DNA of 64,000 nt. Origin: an uncultured Methanosarcinales archaeon. Lineage in GTDB: Archaea; Halobacteriota; Methanosarcinia; Methanotrichales; Methanotrichaceae. A program made the position numbers and the translations under genes. Below are positions 34,070 to 45,021 of the stretch, one piece after another (position 1 is the stretch's first letter; every line of letters starts with the position of its first letter). The stretch spans positions 224,001-288,000 of the forward strand of contig CAWJKV010000002.1 of assembly GCA_963843555.1 (NCBI GenBank). The letters run 5' to 3'. The notes beneath the pieces are model-generated. The model did not search any database. It saw only the letters and a list, made by a program, of their open reading frames with translations, and was not told the DNA's origin.

Positions 34070-35080
34070 CTAGCGTATGATGTTCACCGCTTCCGGCTTG
34101 ATCGCCTTGAGGCCGTCTTCATGTACGCTGTCCAGGAAATTTGGCAGTTGCCTCTCATTGGTAAGGTTGTTGTCAATCATCCACCGCCCTTCGTCTTCCA
34201 TGGCGGTGATCAGCGACTGGTCGAGCGTGAGAGAATACTGATGCAAAGGCCAGATTGTGGCCATGTATTCCTCAGTGTAGTTCAACCTTCTCTGGAGTAT
34301 GGCCTTTGATTCAGTTGGATGGCTGAGAGCGTAATTCTCAGCCTGGACAAGCGACGTCAGGAGTTTGTTTATCGTCCCGGAATGGCTGGCAATCCAGTCG
34401 TTTCTGCAGGTCAGGACCCCGAAGGCATTCTGGTTGCTCTGCGCTTGCCAGACAATGGCGTTGTTGCCCAGCCGTTCTTCTACAGGATGGAGATAGATCC
34501 TGCGGGACTATAGATCGCATCCACACTGCCGTTTCCGATTGAATCGGCAAATTGGGACGGCCGGACATTCACTAAGGTTACGTCTTTCAGGCTGATGTTA
34601 TTCAGATAGAGAAACCTGCCCAGATAAAATTCCGTTATCGTTCCGCGAGCTACTCCAATTTCCTTTCCCCGCAGATCCGGCGACATGATCAATGCCGCGA
34701 TCTTTCCTTCCTACAATATACTGTCCCTGGTATTTATCGATGCTGCAGATCACACTGATATTCTCTTGTTTTAACACCATTCCCACAACCGGGTACTCCG
34801 ACGAAGCCGCTATTTCCGCCTCCCCATCCGCCATGCCCTCCACACATGCCAGTCCCGTATCGCAATAGAAGACGGTCGTGTTCAGGCCGTTCCGGGAAAA
34901 GATGCCACCATCTTCGGCGATAAAGATGAGTCCGGCCAACCCCTGGGCAGTGGTTCTGATGGCAATCGACTCAAGCATCCCTGAATTGGCTATCTGGGGA
35001 TTCAAGAGGTACCATGCGCCGATCCCTACGAGCGCTATCAGGACGACGACTGCAATCCCCTCAACTGCCTTTTTACCCAT
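34070..35080 (-). CDS. NMT1/SsuA-like ABC substrate-binding protein (multiple frameshifts)
   Basis: N-terminal TM; IAEDGG.F..NGL; DLRGK.IGV..GT; LDQSL..MEDEGRW. Confidence 0.78.
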
Positions 35081-35117
35081 GCGATTTTCTCCAGGCGCCT
35101 TTTCAATCAACACTGCT

Positions 35118-35235
35118 TTACTGCTTCAGCGGATTGTTCACCGGTTCCAGCTTTGCAGCCTCTAGGCCCTTCTTGTGTATGCAATCCCTATAATAGGGTA
35201 GCGTCTTCTCACTGCCAAGATAAGATTGGCTCCTT
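35118..35235 (-). pseudogene. C-terminal relic of a paralogous substrate-binding protein gene
   Basis: EKTLPYYRDCIHKKGLEAAKLEPVN resembles ERQLPNFLDSVHEDGLKAIKPEAVN of the adjacent gene. Confidence 0.5.
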
Positions 35236-36042
35236 GCTGTTGTTGTGGGTTCGTCCACCATCTCAGTAGTCCGACATTTTCGTGGCCCCCCGTGCGCTCT
35301 GTGGCTCTGTGGTGATATTGCGTAAATCACCTGGGTCTAAAAGTGTGGAATGAAGCTGCTGATTTCACCACAAAGGGACAAGAAAAATGAAGAAAAAAAA
35401 GGACTCTTAAGGGACACAGAAGATCCGGATTCTCCGTCTCAATCGTCTATTCACCGTCAGATCGCATCAAGTTCATTGTCCAGCAGCATGATGACTGCGC
35501 ACCCGATCACCTGCGCGGAGGCGTGCGATCTCAACAGGTGCCCGCCAATGGTTGTCGCAGACTGATCGGCTGGTATGCCTTCGGGCAACACTGCGGTTCG
35601 AACCAATCCAGAACACTCACTGTTGCTGCCAGGTATCGAGATACCATAGCCACTCAAACTTGCCTTTGTAAGGTACTGGCCCATATTGAAGTCTACAAAT
35701 TCCAGACGTTTACTCCCAATTTTTTCCGTAAGCCGCCTTACCTCCCCGGATTCCTAACGTCCCCAACCAAGTCGTCACCACTTCAACAAGAATATGAAGT
35801 ACAATATGAAGTACAGTTCCACTAATCTGATCAAGTTTTCCAGGAGATTTATTCCAGTTGATCTTCCTTTTGAAGGATCTGGTCTTCAACTGATCATTGG
35901 CCCTGTTTGAAGCCAAATCGGAAGAGTACCTAGAAATTAATTGTTACCCTTCCTTTAATACCTTTAGGTACTCATCTCAGAGATTAGTGAGTTCCCCATA
36001 AAGTAGCATTTATAAAAAAGTGCGTTAAATGATGCCCATCGT

Positions 36043-37305
36043 TCATTCTAGCCCTACCCTCGCCCCAAGCTTTGCCATCTCCTGGAAGAATCCCGGATAG
36101 CTCACATCAACCGCCTCAGCCGTATCAATCATGGTCCCACCGGCCGCAAAGCCCGCCACCGTCAGGGCCATGACTATCCTGTGGTCGTGGTAGCCGTGCA
36201 CGCTGGCCCCGTGCAGCTTTCCGCCAGTGATCTCGAGGCCATCCGGCCTTTCCCGGATGTCGGCTCCCATCTTGGCCAGCTCCACAGCCATAGCATGCAG
36301 CCGGTCCGTCTCCTTGTGTCGCACGTGCTCGGCATTCATAATCGTAGTCTTTCCTTTGGCCAAAGCCCCCAGTACGGCAATGGTGGGCACCAGATCCGGA
36401 GTCCGGCTGGCGTCCACTTCGATGCCTTCAAGGTCGCCGCCTTTGATCTTCAGGTCCCCCTTTTCTTTATCCCAGGAGACCCTGGCGCCCATGCGGTTCA
36501 GGATATCAATGATGGCCGAGTCCCCCTGCCGGGAGGGCAAGATGCCCTTAACAGTTACCTCAGAGCCCGTGACAGCTGCCGCTGCCAGAGGGTAGGACGC
36601 GGAGGAGAAGTCTCCGGGAATGGTGTAGCTCTTCAGGTTGTAGCTCTGCCCGCCCGAGACATTGAACTCCTGCGCCTTCGCTAGCACGCCCACGCCCGCG
36701 TCGGCCAGCATGTCCAGAGTGATCTCAGCGTAAGGGCGGGACTTCAGCTCGCCTTCGATCACAATCTTCGTGTCCTTTTCCGCCAGCGGAGCTGCTATGA
36801 GCAGTGCGGAAAGAAACTGGCTGCTTACGCCGCCCTGCAGGTGCGCAACACCGCCCCTCATTTTTCCCCTGACAACCAGTGGGGCTTTGCCGTTATTACG
36901 AATGGAAAAGGCGGTGGTGCCCAGCTCTGAGAGTGAGCTGAGCAGCGGTCCATTGGGACGGGTGCGAATAGAGGCGTCGCCCGTCAGCACTGCTCCTTCT
37001 GTGAGAGCTGCCACGGCCGCGCAGAAGCGTAGCGTAGTGCCCGAATTCAAGACGTTGATGACATCTTCCGGGGTCTGGGGCAGGTCAGAGACACCTGTGA
37101 TCTTTACCTCATCGCTCAGGGTGATCCTGGCCCCAAAAGCCTCACTGGCGGCGACTGTGGCTCTCGTATCCGCGGATAGGAGGGCGCGCTTCACTGTGCC
37201 GCCCGGACCCAAAGCTGTTATCAGAATAGCGCGGTGGGTGTAGCTCTTCGAGGGCGGGGCATATACCTCACCGGATACAGCAGAGCGCTCGACTGACGCA
37301 ATCAT
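36043..37305 (-). CDS. aroA: EPSP synthase
   Basis: PPSKSYTHR, NSGTTLR, SSQFLS, RHKETDR, DHRI, SYP. Confidence 0.96.
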   Translation of the reverse strand: MIASVERSAVSGEVYAPPSKSYTHRAILITALGPGGTVKRALLSADTRATVAASEAFGARITLSDEVKITGVSDLPQTPEDVINVLNSGTTLRFCAAVAALTEGAVLTGDASIRTRPNGPLLSSLSELGTTAFSIRNNGKAPLVVRGKMRGGVAHLQGGVSSQFLSALLIAAPLAEKDTKIVIEGELKSRPYAEITLDMLADAGVGVLAKAQEFNVSGGQSYNLKSYTIPGDFSSASYPLAAAAVTGSEVTVKGILPSRQGDSAIIDILNRMGARVSWDKEKGDLKIKGGDLEGIEVDASRTPDLVPTIAVLGALAKGKTTIMNAEHVRHKETDRLHAMAVELAKMGADIRERPDGLEITGGKLHGASVHGYHDHRIVMALTVAGFAAGGTMIDTAEAVDVSYPGFFQEMAKLGARVGLE

Positions 37306-37957
37306 GATCGAGGGATGGGACAGGAAGTATAAGAAATATGTGCTATGGCATAACCTGACACAATGCATGAGAAGTATGAGAACCACAAAATAGTTTGCCC
37401 ACATGAGCAATCGTCGGATGGGAAAAGCGCCCGGGTGAGTCTCAAGTTCTTCCATAAAATGGATGACAAGGGAGAGAGAAGCCCCCACTCCTCTACCAAT
37501 GTTGCCGTTGGTTGTACGGCATTCAACGTAGTACGACATAAGTCGAATATAAATCTTACGACCCGAGGCTCGAACAGCTCTGCATCTATAATCTAGCAGC
37601 GGTAACCATTAGATGTTTGAGAATGGAACAGAGCCAACTTCTTGCGATTGGAGAATTGGAGGACTGCGTTACGATCTTGCCCAGCCCTTGAGGCTTGCCA
37701 AATGCCACGGCGCTCAATTCGGCCTTCAAGTCTGCCCCCCAAGCCTTCAGTAGGCATGAGGTTCCTGCGGCATCAAGTCTAAACGAATCCTACTTCAACG
37801 AAACCTATACATATAAGCTAATCGTTATTGATGATAGCGATTGTAATAGAATTGATGGCAATTAGTGTCCTGATCTTCTGGGGTTGGCACTATGGTTAAC
37901 TTCCGGACTTGAGGGATTAGTTAGAAGAAATGCTTATTGGTTTTCCAGGGAGGACGC

Positions 37958-38098
37958 ATGATATCTGATGAAGAACAGCCCAAGAGAAAGATGAACATAT
38001 TCGATATAGGGATCTATGCAATAGAAGTAGGATTAGTAGCAGCGGTCATCTACGCAATAATTGCGCTTCCAACGCTGTTGAAGCCAGTCGCCTCATGA
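37958..38098 (+). CDS. Small single-TM protein (46 aa, absent from ORF track)
   Basis: GGAGG RBS; MISDEEQPKRKMNIFDIGIYAIEVGLVAAVIYAIIALPTLLKPVAS. Confidence 0.6.
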   Translation: MISDEEQPKRKMNIFDIGIYAIEVGLVAAVIYAIIALPTLLKPVAS

Positions 38099-38173
38099 AC
38101 TGCTTCCATCTTGCATATGATCTAGACTGAGATAGAGCGTAATTGAAAACCAGTTCCGCATAAAGCAAAAACG

Positions 38174-38245
38174 TGCGGCTGCCGGGATTCGAACCCGGGT
38201 TACGAGCTTGGGAAGCTCATGTCATAACCGCTGGACCACAGCCGC
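38174..38245 (-). tRNA. tRNA-Gly(CCC)
   Basis: Cloverleaf GCGGCTG...CAGCCGCA; anticodon loop TTCCCAA; GTTCGAATC. Confidence 0.96.
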
Positions 38246-38465
38246 TCAAGTGTCATCTGCCTTATGATATGCCTTTAGCAATTCCAGCTTCCAATATTTA
38301 ATGTTATAGGATTCGAGGGCTCGCCTGCCTGGAAGAGCTTCCCTGAGTAGGCAATCCTTTCCCGATCTCCTGCCTGATCCCGGGCGCACGCGCGAGCCCG
38401 CCCGGGGCGCGAGCTTCTCTCGATGCCAGCAAAGCCCCCCCATGACCGCCAACGCTTCCCGCTCA

Positions 38466-38819
38466 CTACTTCTTTTCAATACTATCCTGTCTCCCGCCGC
38501 AGACACTTCGGAACAGATCCAGCCCATCCACCACCTTTCCGATATGATTGACTGCCGAATAGGGCTGAGTCTGGCCAAAGAAGATGCAGAATGCCGGGCC
38601 CGGCGACCAGTAGCAAATGTCGCCCGCTTTGGCCGTTGGCGATGGGTTCTCGTCCTCCATCTCCAGAGGCACTTCAAAGTATACCTCATCTCCCCAGAGG
38701 TTGGCCCTGGCCTCCAAAGGCAGAATCTCCCAGAAGGCATCTCTGATTCCAGGATTCCGGTCGTCCAGCTCTGCCAGTGCACTTCCCTTTCCCATGACCA
38801 TGATCTCTATGGTTCTCAT
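38466..38819 (-). CDS. Cyclophilin-like fold protein (TM1367/DUF369 type)
   Basis: LP.....WGDEVYF, GDICYW.PG.AFCIFFG.T. Confidence 0.85.
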   Translation of the reverse strand: MRTIEIMVMGKGSALAELDDRNPGIRDAFWEILPLEARANLWGDEVYFEVPLEMEDENPSPTAKAGDICYWSPGPAFCIFFGQTQPYSAVNHIGKVVDGLDLFRSVCGGRQDSIEKK

Positions 38820-39199
38820 GAATTAGCCTCTGTTTATCAAGTTATATCAAGGTAGTAAGGGGTGATGGCCGCTCGGCTTGAAATAACTCTTTCCGGCTGC
38901 TTTCCGATTACTTTCGCCCTGCACGGCAAATCCTTTCATAGCTATCGATACTATTATGATTTAGACCGCCCGAGCCCTTACTCTTTTGATCACTCCCGGC
39001 GGGCGGCTCCATCCCCTCAATATTCGGGCACTGTGCAATTAGCCTGTGTCATCTACGTCATCCGCTTACCGGGCCAGGCATCGCATATGCGACATTTTAT
39101 TTAGCTTCCGGCACTATAGAATATCTGGGAATGGACCACAACGCCCTCTATTCAAGAGACCATCATGGCATAATGGCGAATCACTGTCCAGGAGGCAAA

Positions 39200-39883
39200 A
39201 TGACTGTCACAAAGCTAGAAGAAAAAGGGATTAAAGGCTTGATCTTCGACCTTTACAATACGCTGATTGACATCAAGACCGATGAGGATAGCATTCATAC
39301 TTATGAGCCGGTCAGCAAATGGCTGATCTATCAGGGAGTCAAAATCTCGGCGGACGATCTGATGAAGGAGTACAATTGGCTGGTTAGAGAGGCCATGGAA
39401 GGCAGGTGGGAGAAGTATCCTGAGGTCAATGTGCATGAGGTCTTCACCAATATATGCAAGAGCCATGCCGTCTGGAAGATCGACGCGGAGTTGGTTGGGG
39501 CGGAAGCCTCTCGCGCCTTCCGGGCCGGATCTCTGCGCCATTTGCAGGTCTTCCCTCAAAGCCTGCGGCTCCTCCGGGAGCTGGAGAGCTACCCCAAGAC
39601 CATAGTCTCCAATGGACAGAGGGTATTCTCAGAAAAGGAGATGAGGTTTTTCGGCCTTTACGACAAGTTCCAGCACGTGATCTTCTCCTCAGACTTTGGC
39701 CACAAAAAGCCGGATCCCCGGATCTTCCTGGAGGCAACGAAGCAGATGGGGCTCGAGCCGGAAGAGGTTATGTGCATCGGCGACAACTTCGACAACGACA
39801 TAGTCCCATCCGCCCGGCTGGGCATGAAGACTATGCATATCGAAGAGGCCTGGAAGTTCTTCGGGGTGAATGAACCCCATTAG
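39200..39883 (+). CDS. HAD-family hydrolase
   Basis: FDLYNTL, VSN, KPDPRIF, IGDNFDND; GGAGG RBS. Confidence 0.9.
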   Translation: MTVTKLEEKGIKGLIFDLYNTLIDIKTDEDSIHTYEPVSKWLIYQGVKISADDLMKEYNWLVREAMEGRWEKYPEVNVHEVFTNICKSHAVWKIDAELVGAEASRAFRAGSLRHLQVFPQSLRLLRELESYPKTIVSNGQRVFSEKEMRFFGLYDKFQHVIFSSDFGHKKPDPRIFLEATKQMGLEPEEVMCIGDNFDNDIVPSARLGMKTMHIEEAWKFFGVNEPH

Positions 39884-39908
39884 TATGCAACCGCCGGGTT
39901 GGATTTGA

Positions 39909-40868
39909 ATGGCAATAGAGAAGTATGTTGGCACTTTAGCTCCTGGAAATGTTTTCCGGAATTGGCTGGTGCAGGTCCTGGGTGAGAAGGTAATTGATCA
40001 AAATTGCAGGGTCAATGTCTATAGAATAAAACCCGCCTCGCATACAGTCTGCCGGTACGAGTTTCCTGCACAGGGATTTAGTGTGGTGGCCAAGTTCTAT
40101 GCTGAGCCTACAGGTTGGAACAAGAAATACAATCCTGTGCAGGCTATGGAAAACGAGTTTCGAACCCTCAAACAGATCGAACCGATAGTAGACATTCCCC
40201 GACCCCTGGCCGTCCATAGGGACTTCCACTGCGCCTTGCTAATGGAATATATTCGAGGAAAATCGTTCTACAAATATATGAAAGACATAAATAAAGAAGG
40301 CAGGCTGTATGATAAGCTCACCGACATCGCCCATATGCAGAGAAGGCTGCACGATCAAACACAATCCGATTACAGAAAAGATAGAGTATTCGCAAGGTTT
40401 CACAAAGTTCTGGACCAGCTGAGGCTGGATACCAAAACCAGGACGGAATATAACCGCTTGCTGGGGGCATGGTGGTACAGCCCGCTGCTGGACCGGCCCT
40501 CTGGCTGCATGATTCACGGCGATCCAAATCCCATGAATTATCAGTTCAACCACGGCAGGATCTATATGCTGGACTTCGAGAGCTCAATAGAGCATGCTAA
40601 CTTCGTGCACGACCTGGGGATAGTTGCCGCCGAGCTCAAGAATTATTTTGCCATTCACAGAGGCGATGCAGGGAGAGCAGAGCCCTACATCGGCCACTAT
40701 CTTTGGAAATACAGCCTCAATGAGCCGGAGTTTCATGCCATAACTCGCACCCTGCCATTCTTCATGAGCTTCGGGCTGCTGAGAATGGCCAGGTTGAGGC
40801 TGGGGGCAGACCATAGGGACTTTGTATTTCGAGAGGCAAAAGCGTGTTTGGAGAGCCTGGAGAAGTGA
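39909..40868 (+). CDS. Aminoglycoside phosphotransferase-like kinase
   Basis: VVAK, IHGDPNPMN, LDFE, HDLG. Confidence 0.8.
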   Translation: MAIEKYVGTLAPGNVFRNWLVQVLGEKVIDQNCRVNVYRIKPASHTVCRYEFPAQGFSVVAKFYAEPTGWNKKYNPVQAMENEFRTLKQIEPIVDIPRPLAVHRDFHCALLMEYIRGKSFYKYMKDINKEGRLYDKLTDIAHMQRRLHDQTQSDYRKDRVFARFHKVLDQLRLDTKTRTEYNRLLGAWWYSPLLDRPSGCMIHGDPNPMNYQFNHGRIYMLDFESSIEHANFVHDLGIVAAELKNYFAIHRGDAGRAEPYIGHYLWKYSLNEPEFHAITRTLPFFMSFGLLRMARLRLGADHRDFVFREAKACLESLEK

Positions 40869-40934
40869 GAAGGCGGGAAGCCTGCCAGGCCAGAGGTCGT
40901 TACCGAAATGAAAATCCTTTCCTTTCCCATCTTC

Positions 40935-41549
40935 TTATCTTCTCCTCAGCCTTATATGCAGCCGGTCGGAGTAGTTGACACCGAGCCGCAATGCCAGATC
41001 CCAGGCCTCCCTGGCGCCCTGCATATCCCGATCGATGCCGTAAGCCATTACCCAGACTCTTTCCCGGTCCAGATTTGATACCAGCCCCTCCAATAGCTCG
41101 GATGTCCAGCACCATGCAGCATTCCCCAACACAAATTTTAGGTGGACGTTCGCCTTTTCGGCCCAGTAATCAAGATGAAAATTCGATCCTCGTTTGGGGC
41201 TCACAACAGCATAGCAAATTTTTTCCAGGATCTCTTCTGGAATGGGATTGGTGCCGTTTGTCTCGATATGAATCTCCTTGCCCATGCTCTGCAGCCCAGT
41301 GATCAACTCCGATAGTTCGGCCATCTGCAACGTGGGTTCTCCTCCCGTTATGACCACTCTCGGTCCCAGGATCTTGATCTCCGCCAACAAATCGGACAGC
41401 TTCAAAATCCGGGCAGGCTTTTGATCTGTGTCGCATCCCTCACACCTGAGGTTGCAGTCTGCCAGCCTTACAAAGGTAGCTGGCCTTCCCATGGCCGGAC
41501 CCTCGCCCTGCATGGAATAGAAGATCTCGATCAGTCGCATTTTGTTCAA
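40935..41549 (-). CDS. queE: 7-carboxy-7-deazaguanine synthase (radical SAM)
   Basis: EIFYSMQGEG, FVRL..CNLRCEGCDT, TGGEP, IETNGT, RLH. Confidence 0.85.
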   Translation of the reverse strand: MNKMRLIEIFYSMQGEGPAMGRPATFVRLADCNLRCEGCDTDQKPARILKLSDLLAEIKILGPRVVITGGEPTLQMAELSELITGLQSMGKEIHIETNGTNPIPEEILEKICYAVVSPKRGSNFHLDYWAEKANVHLKFVLGNAAWCWTSELLEGLVSNLDRERVWVMAYGIDRDMQGAREAWDLALRLGVNYSDRLHIRLRRR

Positions 41550-41831
41550 ATCCTCTCATGTTCATGTATTTGCTCTCAAGTCTGAGGCCCTTCACCGTTT
41601 TTTCAGATACTAGCCACAGGAGTATTTCGGTTTCTCATTGATTGCCTCTCTCCCCTCTCTCGCTTGCTCTCTTAAAACTCTCGCTTCTAAAGCATTTCGA
41701 TTGATGCCAAAACGGCATCTAATAGTAAAAATATATTTTTCTAGCTTGATGAACGACCAAAAAATATATAAATCCAAAATGCTCATTATTTAATGTTATA
41801 ATAAGAGAACTTGCGTGGAGTGGGGGATGAA

Positions 41832-42152
41832 ATGATAAAGATTGGAATTGAAGTAAGTAGCAGAAATCTGCACTGTGACCTCCTCGAGAATCCAGGCAGA
41901 TACTTCTTCATTCGGGAGGCAGACAGCCGGGCATCTCTATGCATCCAAACCTGCAACTCTCAGGGCGAAGACATCAAAACCCATATGATCGATGCTCTCG
42001 CCCCGAACGGGGAAGGAAATCTCTATTCCATTTTTGAAGATGGCATCAATGACGCCATTCTCGAGCGGCTGGAGTGGAAGAGGCACTCGTGCCACGAGGA
42101 TAAATATTCAGTCTCCGCCTCAACTGGTGCAGATGCTCTCCATGATGCCTGA
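41832..42152 (+). CDS. Hypothetical protein
   Basis: Open frame after an AT-rich promoter-like region and purine-rich RBS. Confidence 0.5.
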   Translation: MIKIGIEVSSRNLHCDLLENPGRYFFIREADSRASLCIQTCNSQGEDIKTHMIDALAPNGEGNLYSIFEDGINDAILERLEWKRHSCHEDKYSVSASTGADALHDA

Positions 42153-42354
42153 TTTTATGGATTGGATCATCTCATCTATCTTGACCAATGGCAGGAATTT
42201 AGTCATCTATCCTTCTGAAGATATTTACTATTTAACTACTTTATAATTAATAATTAATAACTTACATCATGATTTATAGGAAGATCTGCTCGGAATGGTG
42301 CACAACCAGGATACTGGCATTTCTTTCCAAATATATCGAAGGGATAGGTAGCAA

Positions 42355-42717
42355 ATGTTCATAAAAGATTTGGCTAAATGCAAGTATTTCAAAGCATTCG
42401 ACAACACAAACCTCTGCGAGCTTCTTCATCCTGGTCGCGATGGGTCAGACATTCCCTATAGCATCGCTCATGCCATATTGGAGCCCGGGGCGGCGTCTCT
42501 TCCTCACCGGCTTAAAACCTCCTCCGAGGTGTACTTCATCCTGGAGGGAATGGGCGAGATGCACATCGATTCCAAAGAGGCAGAAGTCAGCACAGGTCAA
42601 GCCATCCTTATCCCGCCCGGCTCCTGGCAGCACATCCGCAATAGTGGAACGGTGGATCTAAAATTTCTTTGCATAGTTCATCCCATGTGGCGTGCAGAAG
42701 ATGAAGAGAGGCTATAG
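42355..42717 (+). CDS. Cupin domain protein
   Basis: PH......EVYFILEG.G, IPPG..QHIRN. Confidence 0.88.
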   Translation: MFIKDLAKCKYFKAFDNTNLCELLHPGRDGSDIPYSIAHAILEPGAASLPHRLKTSSEVYFILEGMGEMHIDSKEAEVSTGQAILIPPGSWQHIRNSGTVDLKFLCIVHPMWRAEDEERL

Positions 42718-42822
42718 CGAAAGCTATTACTGCCCTCCATCCCTTGAGAGAACTCCGGACGATGAAGTAAGAGTTTCGGATTCAGGATACCATACCGTAT
42801 CAGGGAAAGGAGTTGCATTAAT

Positions 42823-43008
42823 TTGGGAAAAAAGGCAAAATCTAAGAATGATGCCATTATGACCGGCATTCTCGTTACAAGGTTCCAAATGGGGCAGATT
42901 GACGTGAGAGATTTGGAGAAGATGGCCACAGATACATCCAAGACCGAGAGGTCATCAGCAGCAAAGAAGGTGCTGGCGGGAATAAAAGATATGCCTGCTC
43001 TTCCTTAA
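42823..43008 (+). CDS. Small hypothetical protein
   Basis: GGAG RBS, TTG start, 61-aa helical product. Confidence 0.55.
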   Translation: MGKKAKSKNDAIMTGILVTRFQMGQIDVRDLEKMATDTSKTERSSAAKKVLAGIKDMPALP

Positions 43009-43057
43009 GCCAGAAAATGCAATTCCTTTGTCAGATCGTCGATCCGTCGATCAGCAA

Positions 43058-43459
43058 TCATTGCTTCTCTTCGATCACTGTGTACTCGTCTATGTCTATG
43101 ACTCGATCCTTTTGTCTTTTTTTGTTAGCATCCTTACTGCCAACACTGGCTTTCAATATGTCAAGCAGAATTGCACCGAGGCCGGAGAATGCCGCCAGCT
43201 TGAGAATCTGGCCGCTCGCCGTCAATCGCAGGAGCACCAAGCCGAATGCTCCCTTAATCAAGGTCTGGAAGAGACTGGGTCGACTGCCGGTTGTCGGCTT
43301 CATCAGACTGGATACGAACGCAATTATTTTCGAGCTCGTCGAGGGTTGCATGACCCAATTCATCAAACTGGTCAACGCCATCAACAATGCACCTCTGACT
43401 GTTTTACTGAGGAGAGCTGCGTCAATTGCGGCTTTCAATAATCTTGTCAGCGTTCCCAT
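43058..43459 (-). CDS. Hypothetical membrane-associated protein
   Basis: Hydrophobic helices; C-terminal VIDIDEYTVI. Confidence 0.55.
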   Translation of the reverse strand: MGTLTRLLKAAIDAALLSKTVRGALLMALTSLMNWVMQPSTSSKIIAFVSSLMKPTTGSRPSLFQTLIKGAFGLVLLRLTASGQILKLAAFSGLGAILLDILKASVGSKDANKKRQKDRVIDIDEYTVIEEKQ

Positions 43460-43510
43460 TGCATCAATCTTTCTCTGTGCATCGATATATTATTATCTCT
43501 TCTGATTGGC

Positions 43511-43735
43511 TCACTCCTCCGGCCCGAACTTCTCCGGCCAGAGCGTTCTCTCCAGGCAGCGCTGTCTAATCATCTCTTCTGCTTCAACAACTGTGATGCC
43601 AAAGACCTCCGCCAGGATCTCTTTGGCCGCCTGAAGCTCCACATCTATCGAGTCTTTGCGGTCAATTCGCGAACCCTTGCCAGGCAAAATGGGGCGTCTT
43701 TTGGCTTTTCCCAGATTGTCGAGTAGCACTGCCAT
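43511..43735 (-). CDS. Hypothetical protein
   Basis: Open frame immediately downstream of tRNA-Ala. Confidence 0.55.
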   Translation of the reverse strand: MAVLLDNLGKAKRRPILPGKGSRIDRKDSIDVELQAAKEILAEVFGITVVEAEEMIRQRCLERTLWPEKFGPEE

Positions 43736-43780
43736 AAGGGAATTTATTCTGCATGAAAATTTAAGTACTTTGCTCTCAAA

Positions 43781-43852
43781 TGGACTTGACGGGATTCGAA
43801 CCCGTGGCCTCCGCCTTGCGAAGGCGGCGATCTACCACTGATCTACAAGCCC
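43781..43852 (-). tRNA. tRNA-Ala(CGC)
   Basis: GGGCTTG...CAAGTCCA with G3:U70; anticodon arm CCGCC-TTCGCAA-GGCGG. Confidence 0.96.
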
Positions 43853-43878
43853 AATTGTCGCCAAAACAATAGAGTGGT

Positions 43879-44148
43879 TTAGAGGAGTCCGACCTCTTCC
43901 ACTTCTACAGATTCTACACCAGCGAGCTTGCGGACGGATTCTTCTATTTCATCCGGGCTGTGGCCGCCCTTATCATCCATAATGGTCACAACTATCAAGG
44001 CCTTCAAGCCAAAAGCTATGGGCATCTCCTCGATAGCATGCATCCTGGCAAAGCTGGGCACTGCTTTCCTGATCTCTTCCGCCAGCTTGCCCAGATCCAC
44101 ATCTGTGCTCTCCGGCATAACCTTCATTCTTACCGCGGCGTCTCCCAT
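43879..44148 (-). CDS. ef1b: Elongation factor 1-beta
   Basis: KVMPES..VDL, PIAFGLKAL, GVESVEV. Confidence 0.93.
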   Translation of the reverse strand: MGDAAVRMKVMPESTDVDLGKLAEEIRKAVPSFARMHAIEEMPIAFGLKALIVVTIMDDKGGHSPDEIEESVRKLAGVESVEVEEVGLL

Positions 44149-44159
44149 TCTCTCCTACC

Positions 44160-44330
44160 TCACGGTCCTGTGAAGCCGCAGGCTTTGCAGGTATAAACGT
44201 TGCTCTGCTTTTTACATCGGTTGCATCTGGCAATCACGGTTCCGCAGCTTGGGCAGGGAAACCTCGTCCCGCCCACGCCGGTCAGCGTAATGCCACATGA
44301 TATGCATTTCTCTGGCAGTTCTTCCTTCAT
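44160..44330 (-). CDS. HVO_2753-like zinc-finger protein (56 aa, absent from ORF track)
   Basis: Four CxxC motifs: CISC, FPCPSCG, RCNRC, YTCKACGFTGP; usual position upstream of EF-1beta. Confidence 0.9.
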   Translation of the reverse strand: MKEELPEKCISCGITLTGVGGTRFPCPSCGTVIARCNRCKKQSNVYTCKACGFTGP

Positions 44331-44373
44331 GTTATCTCCCTCCTGATTGATGTATTTCCCTGTATAAACCTTC

Positions 44374-45021
44374 CTATTGGCCCTTGATGACAGTGCCGCC
44401 TTTTCCCTCTTTCAAAGACCTAACAAACCGCTCTGGATCAGTGCCGCTCATCACCCAAACGCTTCTCCCTTTGAGGCGATCACATAGAAGGTTGAGGGTA
44501 CCCTGATCAATACAGCTCTCAAATCCCAGCAGGGAACTTGCAGATACCTCTTCAACCACCTTTCCATCCAGTATCACGCCATCCACATCGGTGGCCTTGA
44601 TGAACGGAGCAGAGAGCTGAGATGCCACAAGCAGGGCCACAGAATCGGATGTGTAGTCCCAGTTATGCTTCAGGCCGATCTCCAGGCCAGAGTTCTCTCT
44701 TTGCATGGACTGGTAGGGCAAGAGGATCTCCAGACGGGGGTTGCCCTGTGGACGGCGAATTTCACAGGTCAGACGGATTCCGGTTCCATCTGCCAGAAAA
44801 TAGGCATACTGCTCCATGGCCAGGATTGCCATCCAGTGCGCAGCCTCCTGGCTGAGTTCGCCGCAGGAGAAGATCTCTCGCACCAGATCAGCCATTGGCC
44901 CTCCGCCCGGGACCACCAGGAAGCTGTAGTCCTCCACCTCCGCGAGGGCTCTGAGGGCTCGCACGAGCTCCCGGGCACACGGCATGAGGCTCCCCCCCAG
45001 CTTTAGCACATAAAAGGGCAT
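44374..45021 (-). CDS. Amino-acid kinase family protein (MfnE-like)
   Basis: KLGGSL, VPGGG..AD, AHWMAI.AM, WDYTSDS, TDVDG. Confidence 0.85.
   Translation of the reverse strand: MPFYVLKLGGSLMPCARELVRALRALAEVEDYSFLVVPGGGPMADLVREIFSCGELSQEAAHWMAILAMEQYAYFLADGTGIRLTCEIRRPQGNPRLEILLPYQSMQRENSGLEIGLKHNWDYTSDSVALLVASQLSAPFIKATDVDGVILDGKVVEEVSASSLLGFESCIDQGTLNLLCDRLKGRSVWVMSGTDPERFVRSLKEGKGGTVIKGQ

Noticed and set aside
35457..35916. Short ORFs downstream of aroA
   Set aside because: No RBS, motif or consistent frame to support a call
37306..37539. 78-aa N-terminal extension of AroA
   Set aside because: Family homology begins at MIASVERS (37305)
38174..43852. tRNA-targeted integrated element
   Set aside because: No duplicated tRNA 3' end or integrase found in the window
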